Positions 1 to 24,354 of a DNA stretch of 64,000 bases are shown here, piece after piece. Under the pieces are notes generated by a model, which saw only the letters and a list, made by a program, of their open reading frames with translations, was not told where the DNA came from and did not search any database. Location of the stretch: NCBI GenBank assembly GCA_964016885.1, contig OZ024752.1, positions 27,962,001-28,026,000 of the forward strand. The letters run 5' to 3'. Source of the DNA: Eledone cirrhosa. Taxonomy: Eukaryota. The position numbers were made by a program, and so were the translations under genes. Every line of letters starts with the position of its first letter. The first letter of the stretch is position 1.

Positions 1-1320
1 TTCTTAATTCAATCTCTGCTGGAAACTACTTTTATTCCTTCGGAGTAAAAGGTAATATATACGAATTATAGACTCATGTCGTTTAAACTAACAACAGATT
101 TAATCTGCACGTTTAGAGACTTTAGAAATGTTATTAGTTTATATCAAATTCCCTTTTGGTGTTAGGAATAGAATTAATTAAATAGCATGTCCACCGTATG
201 GGGCATTTCTATCATGGTATAGAATTACTTTTGGTTCTGAATTTCAGAGCTGCAGAAAAGAAAAAGGAAAGCAAAACGAAAATATATTTCACTTAAGTCC
301 AAACAGTTATACCAAACTTCTGTGAACCCATTCTTTAATTAATGAATATTTATTTATGACAAAGTGAAAGCGATCGAGTGCGATAAATACTGTTCATTGA
401 AAACTTACATCTAACCATACAGTTGAAAGAACAATTTACTCCGTTGTGTATCTTGTTAGAGAGTGGTGTGATATAGAAGTGAATTCTTAAAAGCTTTCAA
501 TGGATGTGACTATCCATTACTATACATACACATCAATTGATGTATCAGTGGTATGCAAGTAAAATATAGATGCTCTATGATATTGTAGAATGAATTATCG
601 GTGACAAAGTTGAAATTATATTTTTTTTTTACTTTGCCTTGTCAACGTTGCTTTTATTTGATCTACATAAATATATTTCAACTATGTGTATCATTAATTG
701 ATTAATGAATGCTCACCACATTAAATACATTACAACTTGATATTTTATGAAACAAAAACTTGATATTTAATGTATACATCCTTACATTATAATAAAGAAC
801 GTGGTATTTGTATTTAAGCAATATATGTGTAGGGAATAATCTCGTATGTTAATGAATGTTGTCAGAAAACGAATGTCAATGTTGATACTAAAGCTACCGA
901 TCTCGAACAACATAAACAAAAATACAAATGAAAGGGGATATAGGGAAAAGTTAGGAAAAGAGACTCCTAAAGCTACCATACCACAATAACACAAAGAGGG
1001 AAATGATACAGGAATTAGGTGTTTATATGTATGCATATCGACAAACAAACAACAGAACACTTGCTACAGAGTGTAGAAAAGAAATACTCCAATCTTTGTA
1101 GAGCTTGTACCAGTCACATTCAAAATTAAATCAATAAATCGTTAACAGATTATCAATACATATACTGAAACATTTCTTACATAAATATTAAATTTTAGCT
1201 CAAACACTCATTAAAGTTTCTGAGTTGTCCCATACACCATTGGGATCAGTATCGAGCAATTTACAGACCCCTAGTGCAGAACAATTTGAAATAGTTTGTG
1301 TCTTCACACGCACACACACA

Positions 1321-1374
<54 letters not shown>

Positions 1375-1534
1375 CGAAGGAGGTGTGGTAAGGAACCAGA
1401 GTACTCAATACTTAGGATAGTATAGTGGTTAATAGGAAAATGTTTGACCCCGACGGCAGAGCTCAAGCCGTTTCGACGGCTATTTCTGGACGCCGTCGAA
1501 GCGGCTTGAGCTCTGCCGTCGGGTTCAAACATTT

Positions 1535-1625
<91 letters not shown>

Positions 1626-1996
1626 CCCGTAACTCCCGGGAGAGTCGTGAAGGCTCTATATTGACATATGGCGTTTCTAGGGCATGTTTAAACCTGGCGG
1701 AGCGCATCTCCTCTCCAGGTCTGAATACAGCAGATATATTCCAGAGAAGTTTAGAGAGAGAGAGAATGGAAGTGAGAAAGAGATATAGAGGAAGAATCGA
1801 CCCTAGTACTTGACTAGTAATTTTTTATCGACCTTATATGGATGAAAGTCAACGTTGACCTCGGCCTGATTTGAAATCAGAGAGCAGAGAGTGAGTTAGA
1901 AGAACTAATTCCGCAAAGCCTTCTATCTGACGTTCTAACGACTCTTCCAATTCACCTTGTATCTCTATCGGCCTACATATCATTGGGGGCCGTCAA

Positions 1997-2053
<57 letters not shown>

Positions 2054-2339
2054 GTCTGTCTGTCTCTCTCTCTTTCTTTCTTTCTCTGTCTGTCTCTCTC
2101 TCTTCCTCTCTCTGAATATATTCATATATATATTCAGAGAGAGAGAGAGACAGAGAGAGAGATTGATTGATTGACAGCCCCAATGAAATGTAGACCGACA
2201 GAGAAACAAGGAGCTACAGAAAAAGGCGCGAAACATTCAACTAAGTAAACTAGAACGAAGATGTAGGGTCAGAAATAAGAAAAGAAATGGATAATTAAGA
2301 CATATTTACGGAAAACTAACAGGAGGAAAGAAGAAACAA

Positions 2340-2350
2340 AGAAACAAATA

Positions 2351-2383
<33 letters not shown>

Positions 2384-3510
2384 CACAAACAAACATACAA
2401 AAATACAAACACACAAAAATAAAAACACACACACAAACACACAAACCCACACACACAACTACACAAACAAACACAACACAAACACAAACACACAAACCCA
2501 CACACAAATACAAACACAAACACACAAAACCACACACACAACTACACAAACAAACACAACACAAACACAAACACACAAACCCACACACAAATACAAACAC
2601 AAACACAAAACCACACACACAACTACACAAACAAACACAACACAAACACAAACACACAAACCCACACACAAATACAAACACAAACACACAAACCCACACA
2701 CACAACTACACAAACAAACACAACACAAACACAAACACACAAACCCACACACAAATACAAACACAAACACACAAAACCACACACACAAACACGAACAAAC
2801 ACAACTACACAAACACAAACACACAAACACAAACACAACTACACAAACAAACAAACACAACACAATCACAAACACACAAATACAAACACAAACACACAAA
2901 ACCACACACACAAACACAAACAAACACACAACTACACAAATACAAACACACACACAACTACACAAACAAACAATCATAACACAAACACAAACAAACAAAC
3001 ACACAAACACAAACACAGAAACACACAAACCCCCACACACAAACATACAAACACAAACACACAAACACACAAATAAACAAATACACAATGATAGAAAGAA
3101 AGGAAAGTAGGAAAGAAAGCGAAAGAGAAAGAAATAAAAAGAAGTAAAGCAAAAAAAAGAAGGAACGAAAGAAAAAAGAATGAAAGGAAGAAAAAAGACG
3201 GAAAGAAAGAAAAAAGACGGAAAGTAAGAAAAAAGACGAAAAGAAAGAAAAAAGAAGGAAAGAAAGCAGAAACGAATGAACAATTAGGTACATAAAGGCA
3301 GGAAAAAGAAAGTAAGAAAGGAAAAACGAAGAAGAAAAGAAAGAAACGATTTAGATAAATAGAAAAAAAAAGAGAAAGAGGAAAAAAGAAAGAAATAGAA
3401 ATAAAAAAAAAAAAAAAGAAATAGAAAGAAAAAGAAAAAAAGAAAGAAAGAAAGAAAGAAAGAAAGAGAAAGAAAGAAAGAAAGAAAGAAAGAGAAAGAG
3501 GGAATGGATG
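2340..3510. repeat. Low-complexity block: A/C-rich minisatellite (81-83-bp higher-order period) followed by a GAAA-rich purine tract
   Basis: Anchor ACTACACAAAC recurs at 2458, 2541, 2622 and 2705; purine-rich tract at about 3090-3510. Confidence 0.85.
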
Positions 3511-3994
3511 ATGGTAATTAACAAATGAACGGAAGTGACAATAAAGCAAACATGAATGAAAGGAAAAAAAAATGGCCGAGCCAAGAAAATGAGTTTTTAA
3601 ACAATGGAGTAGAGAGAAATGAAAGAGGTGGAGGTTGTGTTGGTGAATGTCACTATTGTATCGGAGGATAAGTACGAAGGGAGAAAGAGAGAGAGTATAT
3701 TTAGTATGTGTGTTTCTTCTGAAGGTAACCCAATGCTGATTGCAGGTATTATTGTTAGTTTTTGGCTTCACTGCTGGTAATTATTTGGCTATTTAGTGTA
3801 GAAGATAAAGAGATGAGTGAGAGGTAGAGTGTAGAGAGTGAGGAAGGAAAGGGGGGGAGAAAGAAAGAGAAAATGGGGCGGTAAATGAAAGAGAAAATTT
3901 TCATGACCTTATTTTAAACGTCGAAGTGAAAATGTTCATACATATGTATGTGTTTTGCTTATACAAACACACATACACAAACACACACACGCAA

Positions 3995-4062
<68 letters not shown>

Positions 4063-4084
4063 TTATAAGTATATATACAAACAT

Positions 4085-4142
<58 letters not shown>

Positions 4143-4486
4143 ATATATATATATACATGTATATGTTTGTATATATACGTATAAATACATATACATATAT
4201 ATATATATATATACATATATATGTTTGTATGTATATACGTATACATACATACACACACACATATACACACACACACATATACATATACATATACATATAT
4301 ATACACAGATATACAAACTTACAGTTTTTAAATACATATATATACATATATATACATATATATATATATATTTAAAAACTGTAAGTTTCTATATCTGTCC
4401 ATCTATATATATATATATATGTGTGTGTGTGTATGTGTATGTGTGTGTAAGTCTTCACAACAGATATGTACATGAATATTAAATAA

Positions 4487-4676
4487 TAATTGTTTCTACT
4501 TTAGGCACAAGGCCAGCAATTACCCAGTGCATTACTGGTACTTTATTTTATCGACCCCCGTAAGGATGAAAGGCAAAGTCAACCTCGGCGGGATTTGAAC
4601 TCAGATCGTAAAGGGACGTAACTATGCTGGAAAGCATGGCGTCCGACCCTCTACCGATACTGCCAATCCACCGCCT
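4487..4676 (-). mobile_element. tRNA-derived SINE, family A (other copies about 1795-1955-, 4815-5037+, 12950-13108-, 17000-17225+, 21662-22068- x2, 27747-27935+, 28108-28285-, 36260-36390+, 46200-46340+, 53405-53822- x2)
   Basis: Head GGCGGTGGATTGGCAG...TCTGAGTTCAAATCCC (Pol III A/B-box-like) plus shared core GACTTTGCCTTTCATCCTTACGGGGTCGATAAAATAAAGTACCAG. Confidence 0.85.
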
Positions 4677-5504
4677 GAATATTAAATAATAATGCATGCA
4701 TGCTTCTATGTGATTCTGTCTCTCCGTATCAGTTTCTATCCACCCTCTCTTCCGACATCAATGGACTTGTAAAAGTACAGGTCCTCAATAAACATTAGTA
4801 TTACATAAGATGTGTGGTGGATTAGGATTGGCAGCATCGGTAGAGCGTCGGACAACATGTTTTACGGCACATAGTTACTGTTCTTTACGTTTTAAATTCA
4901 AATCCTGCCGAGATTTGTTTTAATTTTCATGCATATATGGTCAATTAAATAAAGTACCAGTAACGCACTGGGATCGGTTTAACCGACTTACCATACCCTT
5001 GAAATCGCTGGCCTTGTGCCAAATGTAGAAACAATTATCATATAACGTGGATTTAACTTAGACCAAACCCATTCAAACGCCTACTCTAATACTACCTCGT
5101 CTTCATTACTATATCCACAAACAGTTCTTTGATTGCCACACCCCCTAATAAAAATAAACAACAGTAATTTATATTCACAATCATCCTTATGGCCATCACA
5201 ACTACTAGAAGATCCATTAGTAATACTACTACTACCACCAAAATTATCGGTTTCACCACCAATGCAATAATAAAAGAACACTATCATTAATATCAAAAGT
5301 ACAATACTTAATAACACCATTATAAATAGGAGGAAGTCCACAATTATCCCACCCTCAACACAAAGCCAGCTACACCACAAAACCACTGCTAATATGCCAA
5401 ACCCACTGTCACCACTACCACTAACAGTACTACCACCACCACTTTAAGTACGGTGTGTAAACTCTTGTAACTCTATATGTGAGAGCTATGGTGTACCTCT
5501 GTCT

Positions 5505-5600
5505 AGTGGTAGCAATGTGTGTGGCTATTCAAATTTGATCTCTATATAAACCTAGCTCTGAAGCAGGACCAGTGTCCAGTCTGTGAAGTAAGCCATAGCT
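5505..5600 (+). promoter_or_regulatory. Core promoter of S-crystallin 1 (TATA box and conserved start-site region)
   Basis: TATATAAA at 5543-5550; 5559-5600 is identical over 42 bp to 39836-39877 of paralogue 2. Confidence 0.8.
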
Positions 5601-5653
5601 GAAACATTAGCTTTGAAGTTCACCAACTTTAAACACAACCTTAAACATCAACC

Positions 5654-15236
<9,583 letters not shown>

Positions 15237-18200
15237 AGCAACAACCACAACTACCACAAGAATAATTATCAACAATAAAATAATAGAGAACAACGCGAAT
15301 AGTAAGAACAACAGAACACTTCATATACTTTAAAATAAGTCCGACTAATAAGGAAAGAGAAAAGATTTAGCAAATAAGAGAATGTTGATAAGAATCTAAA
15401 TGAAGAAGAAAAACCAAAAGTTTCAAGGAATTGGTACATGTTGATGTGAATCTCTGTGAAAATTTATTTGCGAGATAGATTTTAATTGACATGTCCTCTA
15501 CACGTGTTAGAATACCATAGACAATTTGATCAAGTACGGCACTGAGGCGAATCAATTAATTGTATAGCACTCAGTCATAATAAAGATAGTGTCGTGTTTG
15601 TAAGAGCTAGATCCTAGACTGAGAAGTGGTGTATCATATACAAGGACTTATGAAGTTTATGGAGAAATGCATAAATACTATGAATAACAATATCAATAAT
15701 CAAGTTCGAAAAATAAAAGCATAATTACTAAAACAAATGTGATATTTCTTTCTTCTTTTTTTTACCCTCTTGACCTCACACACATACATACACATACATA
15801 AACACACGCACACACACACCACGTTTTCTACTTTTGAATTTACAAAGCCAGGAGGCTCATCAGGCCAGTGTTTAACCCAATTTCGTGGCTTGAAGTAACT
15901 GAGAATACATGACCCCCCCCCCCCCCCGCTTCATTCATCACAGGGTTTAACCAACAGCTATCATTGGTACTCATGCCCAGCTGAGTATACTTGAGCAACG
16001 TGAAATGAAGTGTGTGGCTCAAGAACACAACACACAACTCAGTCCATGAACCGAATTATGGTCGTAAGTCCAACACCCTTACCACTAGGCCACGCACCTC
16101 CACAGAATTTGCAAATTCATTATGGAATTCCATAATACTTTCTGCTTTATATTTGTTGTTGATTTTACGAGAGTTCTCTGCATTTATGTGCAAAACAAAT
16201 TTGAAAATGTCGAATTGCTTCGTTTTCAAGTATGTTGATATTACCAAGCCAAAAACACGCAGAATACATTTAACAAATAGAAATATTTCATTGGTATTAA
16301 GTTTACTTCTTTCGACAAAAATATTTATATAATGCTTTCAGAAAAAATATTCATATACTCTATATGTAAATAAAATGATAGTGCATCGAAAAAGAAACAC
16401 CTTAATGTGTATATAGCGTAATTATTTAAACTACCATAGACCTAAAATCTTTAACTTTATATTTTGACTATTAAATATAAAATTTAAAACCTTAAATCAT
16501 TTCACCCAATTCTCATAAAGCACATGAATATACTACAAGAATGAATTATTTAGATGAATATGCTAATACAAAAACTTATGAGTATGAGATTTGGTTTTAT
16601 CGAGGATATGAGTGAAAATGTTTTGTCATTAATTCAAAAACAATTTGTGCGATTCGATTTGCACGTATAAAATTTGCATTATATAAAATATATAATGTAA
16701 ACAGAATAATCTGAGACTAATAAAGGGATACATATTTTAAAAGTAATATAGTTTTTGCCCAGCAATTTGTTGTGCTTGTGAAATAAACACGAGTGATAGC
16801 CAGAAAGGTCTATATGTTTCAACAACACAATATCAAAGAGATATTTACACAGTAAATTTGTTAAAACATGTTGATGAAGTGACACAAAAAATGAAGTAGT
16901 GGAAATAAATTCTAAATGTCATAAAATTGACGGATATGATGTGTACATTAATGTGTTCGATAGTTTTGGAGAGAACATTTGAATTTCATTATTATTTCAG
17001 AGCATCGGACAACATACTTTGCAGCATATAGTTATGCCCCTTTACATTCTGAGTTCAATTCCCACCGAGATTAGCTTTGCTTTTCATCTTTACGATGTCG
17101 TACCAGTAGAGTACCAGTAAGGTACCAGTAAGGTACAGTAAATAGAGTACCAGTAAGGTACTAGAGTCGATTTATCGACTTCCCCCTCATCCAAAATGGT
17201 TGACCTAGTGTCTACAACAGAAACCTTTACATACCCTCCACTCCTCTTACACATATATGCACATAGAGATACATCGACGTATTAGGTACGGTAACTTAAT
17301 TACTTAATCCCATTTTCAATGGTTAGTATCAACATTTTTATATTCCGTATTCATATCTGATAAAATCCTCATTTATCATATTTGGAGTCTGAAAAGTCTG
17401 TGCGTGCTATGAATTGGGGTCGTTGCAACTGTCGATAATATTACTCTATAGGATTATTCACTCTTAAAACCTTATTAATCTATATCAATTTTGTTTCCAT
17501 GTGTTCCAATGGAACACATTAAGATAGGCACTGTCGTCTCTATTAAGGTATAGATTTCATAAGATTTCTCGAATTCTAAGTTGAATAAAGTAAAAACCAA
17601 AACACACACAAATACCTGATAATTTCATGGCTCTGCAAGGAGCTATATTGAAATTCTGTAAACTCTATCCTAAAGTTAACGATTATTTCTCTACAACTAA
17701 GTTATCACTGTTGGGTGCATTGATATATTTATGGTACATTAAAGAATGGAAAGCAAGGTTAATAGCTACGATAATGGAACTCCCAATTTAGATTCAGCAA
17801 ATTATTTGTCTGACACTATACAATATTTGTCAGGATTCTACCAATCTTACCATTCAGATATTTCTATTCTGGTGACAGCATAGAAATGTTAATAGAATAT
17901 TTAGTATATACTATTTAGTTTCGAGTATAGCTTCACGTTCAATTTTCACTGCTGGTTATTTCAATTTCCATTCTTCCAAATAATTCTTGAGATATGCAGG
18001 AAATATATATTGAGATCGATGCAACTGAGAAAGGAACGCACTGTTTAGTGAAGTAGTTTGTGTATTCACCTCTGGTGCTCTACGTATAGTTTTGCGTTTT
18101 GCTGCTGAATTTGAAACGTATATTAATGTTGTTCTTATAACATTTCCTTAGAAATGCAGACAAGTAAAAAGTCCCACAAATGGAAATATTTTTCAATTTC

Positions 18201-19140
18201 TGGTTGAAGTATTTGGTCACTATTTATTCATAAGTGTAGCAAGAGTCAATAACGTTATAGGAAAATCTCAATCAATATCTGAATAGTTGCTACATCGCAA
18301 AACAGCTTTCATTTCCCGAAAACAAATCCCACGTTACCACTAAAATACATTCCTATAAATTGCTGGTAACGTATAATACACTTATATAAGCACTCCACAA
18401 CTCCACAACAGGCTGTTTATTCGTCTAGAGCGGAATACCATAGTAGCAGAGGAAATGAAAAGGATATATAGATGTAAAGAGTTACTGAACATTAAGGGAA
18501 CTATTACAAAAGAAAGCAAATAGATGAAAATACACTCTAGCTTGTCTGAGATTGACCTACCGAATTACATTTGGTAATTTAACACACTCATTTTTACGGG
18601 ATACACTACAAATATATCAGTAGCTCCAAAACTAATATTGTATATCAGCTGTGTAATATTTTACAGCAAAATCATTTGAAGCAATGATAGTTAAAAGCAC
18701 CATTATACACATAAGCAGAAGTATAATACAATGGGATAATCTATTCCCATGTATTCCTCTGCCTAGTTTCGATCGCTTTAAAAATTGTTTAATAACATCA
18801 GGCAAGTACTGCGATCGATTCTTCTTCTATTTTTTCTTCCCACTTCCTCTATGTGACTTTCTAGTATTCTCTGGAAGAAATCTGCTGTTGTCAGACCTGG
18901 AGAGGGTTGGACTCCACCAAGCTTAAAATCACCAAGAAACAACGTACGTTACTACGGCGAACCTACAACTCTAACAATTATTACGGGACTTAGAGAGAAA
19001 GAAGATATTACAATAGAGTTACAAAACCTATACAATATTTCGGTATTTGGCCTAAGATCAATTGACAATAATCAAACAAAACCATCCAATTATTGAAATA
19101 ACTATAATATTTATCTGAACTGCAGAATATTGGCTGTTGT

Positions 19141-19210
<70 letters not shown>

Positions 19211-20310
19211 TAAAATAAAGTTAAATAAAAGTCAAATGATTAAAATTTAGCTTCGTTTATTACTGCTATATATATTTCAGTGACAGCCATCTTTGGCTGT
19301 GACCTCTTCAGGCAGTTTGAATTAGTATGGTATAGACAAGTACATATGTTGTTTAGGTGTATGATATTGTCAATACTCTGATATGCCCAGTTCCTTGTTG
19401 GGTTGTTACTTCACTGGGGAACTGGAGTCATATGAATTCAAACAAACGAATTTTAGTGTCACAGGTCCCCTTCTCCTCTCATTGGTCAGTTATTAGTGTT
19501 GTCATTGTTGGAGTTAGCTTAAAAATTGATAAAATGGTAGAAGGGACAAGGTGTTGAAGGAACAAAATATCAAAAAATGTGTCAAACTTCCCATTGTTCA
19601 GTTCTGAGAGCATTCCTCAGTCAGAAGTCTATAGAATTCTTTCTGGGGTGAGGCTCCCTGTAGTGTTTATGCCTGCTATTGTTCAGTACATTTGACCTCC
19701 ACCATTATTTTGGTACTGTTGTTGTTGTAGTGGTCAGCTTATATCTTGCTGCTGCTAACATGTTAGCAGCAGCAAGATATAAGCTGACCACTACAACAAC
19801 AACAGTACCAAAATAATGGTGGAGGTCAAATGTACTGAACAATAGCAGGCATAAACACTACAGGGAGCCTCACCCCAGAAAGAATTCTATAGACTTCTGA
19901 CTGAGGAATGCTCTCAGAACTGAACAATGGGAAGTTTGACACATTTTTTGATATTTTGTTCCTTCAACACCTTGTCCCTTCTACCATTTTATCAATTTTT
20001 AAGCTAACTCCAACAATGACAACACTAATAACTGACCAATGAGAGGAGAAGGGGACCTGTGACACTAAAATTCGTTTGTTTGAATTCATATGACTCCAGT
20101 TCCCCAGTGAAGTAACAACCCAACAAGGAACTGGGCATATCAGAGTATTGACAATATCATACACCTAAACAACATATGTACTTGTCTATACCATACTAAT
20201 TCAAACTGCCTGAAGAGGTCACAGCCAAAGATGGCTGTCACTGAAATATATATAGCAGTAATAAACGAAGCTAAATTTTAATCATTTGACTTTTATTTAA
20301 CTTTATTTTA
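19211..20310. repeat. Spacer-less palindrome with 550-bp arms (inverted PLE-type pLTR); unpaired tail 20311-20405
   Basis: Centre GCTGCTAACA|TGTTAGCAGC at 19760/19761; identical ORFs 19357-19557(+) and 19964-20164(-); flanked by (TA)n. Confidence 0.95.
20205..20259 (+). ncRNA. Type-I minimal hammerhead ribozyme (mirror copy 19262-19316 on the minus strand)
   Basis: ACUGC-CUGAAGA-GGUCACAGCC(aaagau)GGCUGUCACU-GAAA-UAUAUA-UA-GCAGU, followed by AATAAA. Confidence 0.8.
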
Positions 20311-20404
20311 CACTACTCCGGAGTAACCAAACCAACCTGCGCACTTCGTCGAGTGCTCCAGCCTGCATACTGAGGTGTTGGTATACAACCAACATAAACT
20401 CAAA

Positions 20405-20551
<147 letters not shown>

Positions 20552-20648
20552 GAACATACGGAGAACTACCTCCAGATGCGATCGTAAGATAATGAGTTTT
20601 ACTATGAATTACCCGTATTTTGTTTAATTTCATTGTTTTCACTATTTG

Positions 20649-20723
<75 letters not shown>

Positions 20724-20751
20724 CGGTTGAAATGCTTCTTTGAAAGCGCAA

Positions 20752-20845
20752 AACATATCTGAGGACCTTGCGAATGCAGAGTCAGGTTCGATCTGTAACA
20801 GATCCTGCCTTGAGCTGATCGTCGAAGAAACATATGTAATATGTT
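20752..20845 (+). ncRNA. Type-I hammerhead ribozyme with long stem II
   Basis: AACAUAU-CUGAGGA-(about 60 nt)-GAAA-CAUAUG-UA-AUAUGUU; 7-bp stem I, palindromic stem III, AATAAA at 20846. Confidence 0.75.
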
Positions 20846-21002
20846 AATAAATTGTGTTTTGATGCATCACTCATTCCTCGTTATCTCTAATATATATACT
20901 CTGCTCTGCGTGAGCATCGAGTGCTCAAACGGCATACCGCCTACGGACGCATTTATTGCAACCATACAACAACTATATATACATATATATATATAATATA
21001 TA

Positions 21003-21132
21003 TATTCAATATAGAAATGGCTTCTACATGACTAGAACTGTTTCATTCGAAGGAAATCATCAGGGGCTTTCCTGATGATTTGTTTCGAATGAAACAGTTC
21101 TAGTCCTGTAGAAGCCATTTCTATATTAAATA
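21003..21132. repeat. Short fold-back with a truncated hammerhead core, plus tail to about 21195
   Basis: Arms about 62 bp; right arm CUGAUGA (21072) ... GAAAC..GUC (21105); the 5' strand of stem I is lost at the inversion centre. Confidence 0.75.
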
Positions 21133-21384
21133 TTTATACTGCGCTATATATTGAATACATTACTTACTATGGTTACGCCCGATTGAACCCGGGATACCCC
21201 CCCCCCCTTCCCACATACACACACATATATATATATATATACCCGGGGAGTGTAACATGGAGTTACTGTAGGTTTACCCAGGTGAGCACTCGATGTTTAG
21301 GTTCACGCCAGTAGCGAGGTATAGAGATAAACAGAACGTAATATAATAATGCAAGGACGAATTGTTAAGCCTTCATTACGTAAT

Positions 21385-22327
21385 GAAGGCTTACTATGAG
21401 ACAAGCGGGATTTTTACCAAGGTTTACTCCTCTAGATCCGACCTGCTCTGCTAGCCTACCTCATAACAGCCATATCAGAGGCACTTCGTGTAGGGCGTGG
21501 CTGTTCACAACGGAGGTCGTTCTTCGAACAGAGTGAAGCTAGGTGCTCAGCTTGAATGAGCATTTATTGCGCGTCACCAGTTCACTAATCAATATTAACA
21601 TCATAAACTAATTAAATAATTGCTGTGTAACATTGTGCAAACTATATAACTAATAACTAGTAATAATGGTTTCTGATTTAGGCACAAGGCCAGCAATTAC
21701 CCAGTGCATTACTGGTACTTTATTTTATCGACCCCGTAAGGATGAAAGGCAAAGTCAACCTCAGTGGGATTTGAACTCAGATCGTAAAGGGACGTAACTA
21801 TGCTGGCCTACCGATACTGCCAATCCACCGCCCTTCTATAACTAGTAATAATGGTTTGTGATTTAGCTATGAAGCCAATAGTTTTGAGGGAGGGCAAAGT
21901 TGATTCAATCGACCCCAGTGCGTTCCTGATATTTTATTTTATCAACCCCATAAAGATGTAAGGCAAGAGCAAACCTCGGCGGGATTTGAACTCAGAACGT
22001 CAAGGGACTTAACTATAATGTCGCAAACCATGTTGTCCGAAGATCTAACGATTCTGCCACACCACCGTTCTAAAGGTAACAGCAATAACGAAACACCAAG
22101 TATGACGTCACCGGTAGTTGAATGTTCACAAGCAAGAGATCATTCGGTGTACTGGGGTAAAGGAAGACAATAGAGGAACTAAACAAATTGTAAGAAATAA
22201 AATCAAGAGCAAAAACATGACACTGTAATTTAAAATTGCAATGGAAGTTAACAGATTAACTAGAATATTGGTATTGGTTTGTGACAGAGAGATAGACAAG
22301 TCCCTTGGTATCTATATACATCTCGAG

Positions 22328-22330
<3 letters not shown>
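21385..22330 (+). repeat. Duplicated downstream block, paralogous to 53153-54085
   Basis: Collinear match of unique sequence plus a tandem SINE pair downstream of both crystallin genes. Confidence 0.88.
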
Positions 22331-22394
<64 letters not shown>

Positions 22395-22627
22395 GTATTA
22401 GTATTATTACTAGAAAGTGGGGTTCTTTTACAAAATGAAAAAAAACGAGGTATCCTACACGAGTGAATGTATAAGGAAAACAGATGAAATCGAAAATGCA
22501 ACTGGAATCCTTTTTTTTTTATATATATATTTATTTGGTTCCTTGACCGGTTTCGCAGTTCTTGTGCTTTTCAAACGTATAATTGAGATGGAGTGTTTGT
22601 GGTTTTTCTCACATCTATATCTATCTA

Positions 22628-22662
<35 letters not shown>

Positions 22663-22818
22663 GTGTGTATATATATATATAATATATATATATATTTATT
22701 TATGTATACGTGCATGTGTGTATGTGTGTACGTATATGTGTGTGTATATTTGTGTGTATATGTATGTATATATATATGTGTGTATATATATATATATATG
22801 TGTGTGTATATATGTATG

Positions 22819-22853
<35 letters not shown>

Positions 22854-23120
22854 TTTCACTTTTTCATCTCGAAACTTATTTGGATTTTAAAGTTTAAACT
22901 TATCTACGGAACAGGTTTGATTTTGAAATTTAAATTTGTCTAAGTACCACGGCGATTTGCCAATATCGTTTGTTTTTATTGATTTATTATTTTAAATTGA
23001 GACAGGCAAACTGTATTATTATAATTAGTATTTTTCAATCTAGCAAACTTAGTCTTTTACAATACAAACACTTATATGTTGGTATTTGTGTTTTACCATA
23101 TATATTAATTTATATTAACT

Positions 23121-23156
<36 letters not shown>

Positions 23157-23170
23157 TGTGTATGTATATA

Positions 23171-23232
<62 letters not shown>

Positions 23233-23333
23233 TATATATATGTATGTAAGGTGTATGTGTGTATATATATATGTGTGTGTATGTGTGTGTATGTGTGTAT
23301 ATATGTATATGTGTATATGTATATATATATATA

Positions 23334-23413
<80 letters not shown>

Positions 23414-23622
23414 GATACATCTACCAAAAATTAACGGTAGTGTCCAATCCGTATGAAGAACTCAATGTAATCCGGATATCATGAAAAGAGAAGATGCATT
23501 CAAAAAGTATTTTCGGTGAAAATTAACGGAAAATAGTCAAGATAAATTAATAAAGTAATGAATAAAGAAACATTTTTTTTTAATATAAGGAACCGTTTCT
23601 TTGTTTATTCATTACTTTATTA

Positions 23623-23768
<146 letters not shown>

Positions 23769-24300
23769 GTATATGTGTATGTGTGTGTGTTTATGGGTGC
23801 GCGCGAGTGTGTGAGTGAGGGTGTTAGTGAATGTGTCTGTTGATTTTTGGCATATAGTTGAATAGTTTAAGAGAAATTTGAGGATAATTGTATGATATGC
23901 ACTCAATATTTTGAATTTGTCTACAGAAAACTCTAAACCTTTGTCACTTAGTAGAACCTTAAAGAATTTAGCTTTTAAAGAATCTCCCTTTCCTTTAAAT
24001 ATATCAACCATGACTGACCCCCACTGATCTTATAGACACCTGTTAGCTTAAGAGAAACTTAATAATAAGGAGTGGCACCCCATCCTGAACCTTTTTATAG
24101 AATTCTTTCTGCCTTTGTTATTCTAAAATAAAAATAAAAATAAAATATAGCTTTGTAGAATTAGCTTTTAATGAATTCCCTTTTCTATCAACCAATGACC
24201 TATACCCATCCCACTCCCTACCCTCTTCTACCACTTGAAGAGACCTATAAATACCATACTTATTTTTGCTACTTAGCTCTGCCGTCGGGCTCCTGAATCT

Positions 24301-24351
<51 letters not shown>

Positions 24352-24354
<3 letters not shown>

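Noticed and set aside
1973-4482. Many ORFs rich in YI, CV, TH or FL (also throughout the window)
   Set aside because: Translations of (TA)n, (CA)n, (GA)n and A/C-rich simple repeats; not genes.
5400-5545. AP-1/ARE element as described for squid S-crystallin promoters
   Set aside because: No clear TGA(G/C)TCA found in either proximal promoter by eye.
5587-5592. GTAAGC in the 5' UTR as a possible splice donor
   Set aside because: No suitable acceptor before the ATG 65 nt downstream.
19357-20164. Twin identical ORFs on opposite strands (also 36582/37275 and 24490/24648)
   Set aside because: A consequence of the palindromes; no recognisable protein.
23830-24270. Minus-strand ORF with a faint resemblance to a PLE endonuclease C-terminus
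   Set aside because: No diagnostic motif; too degenerate to call.
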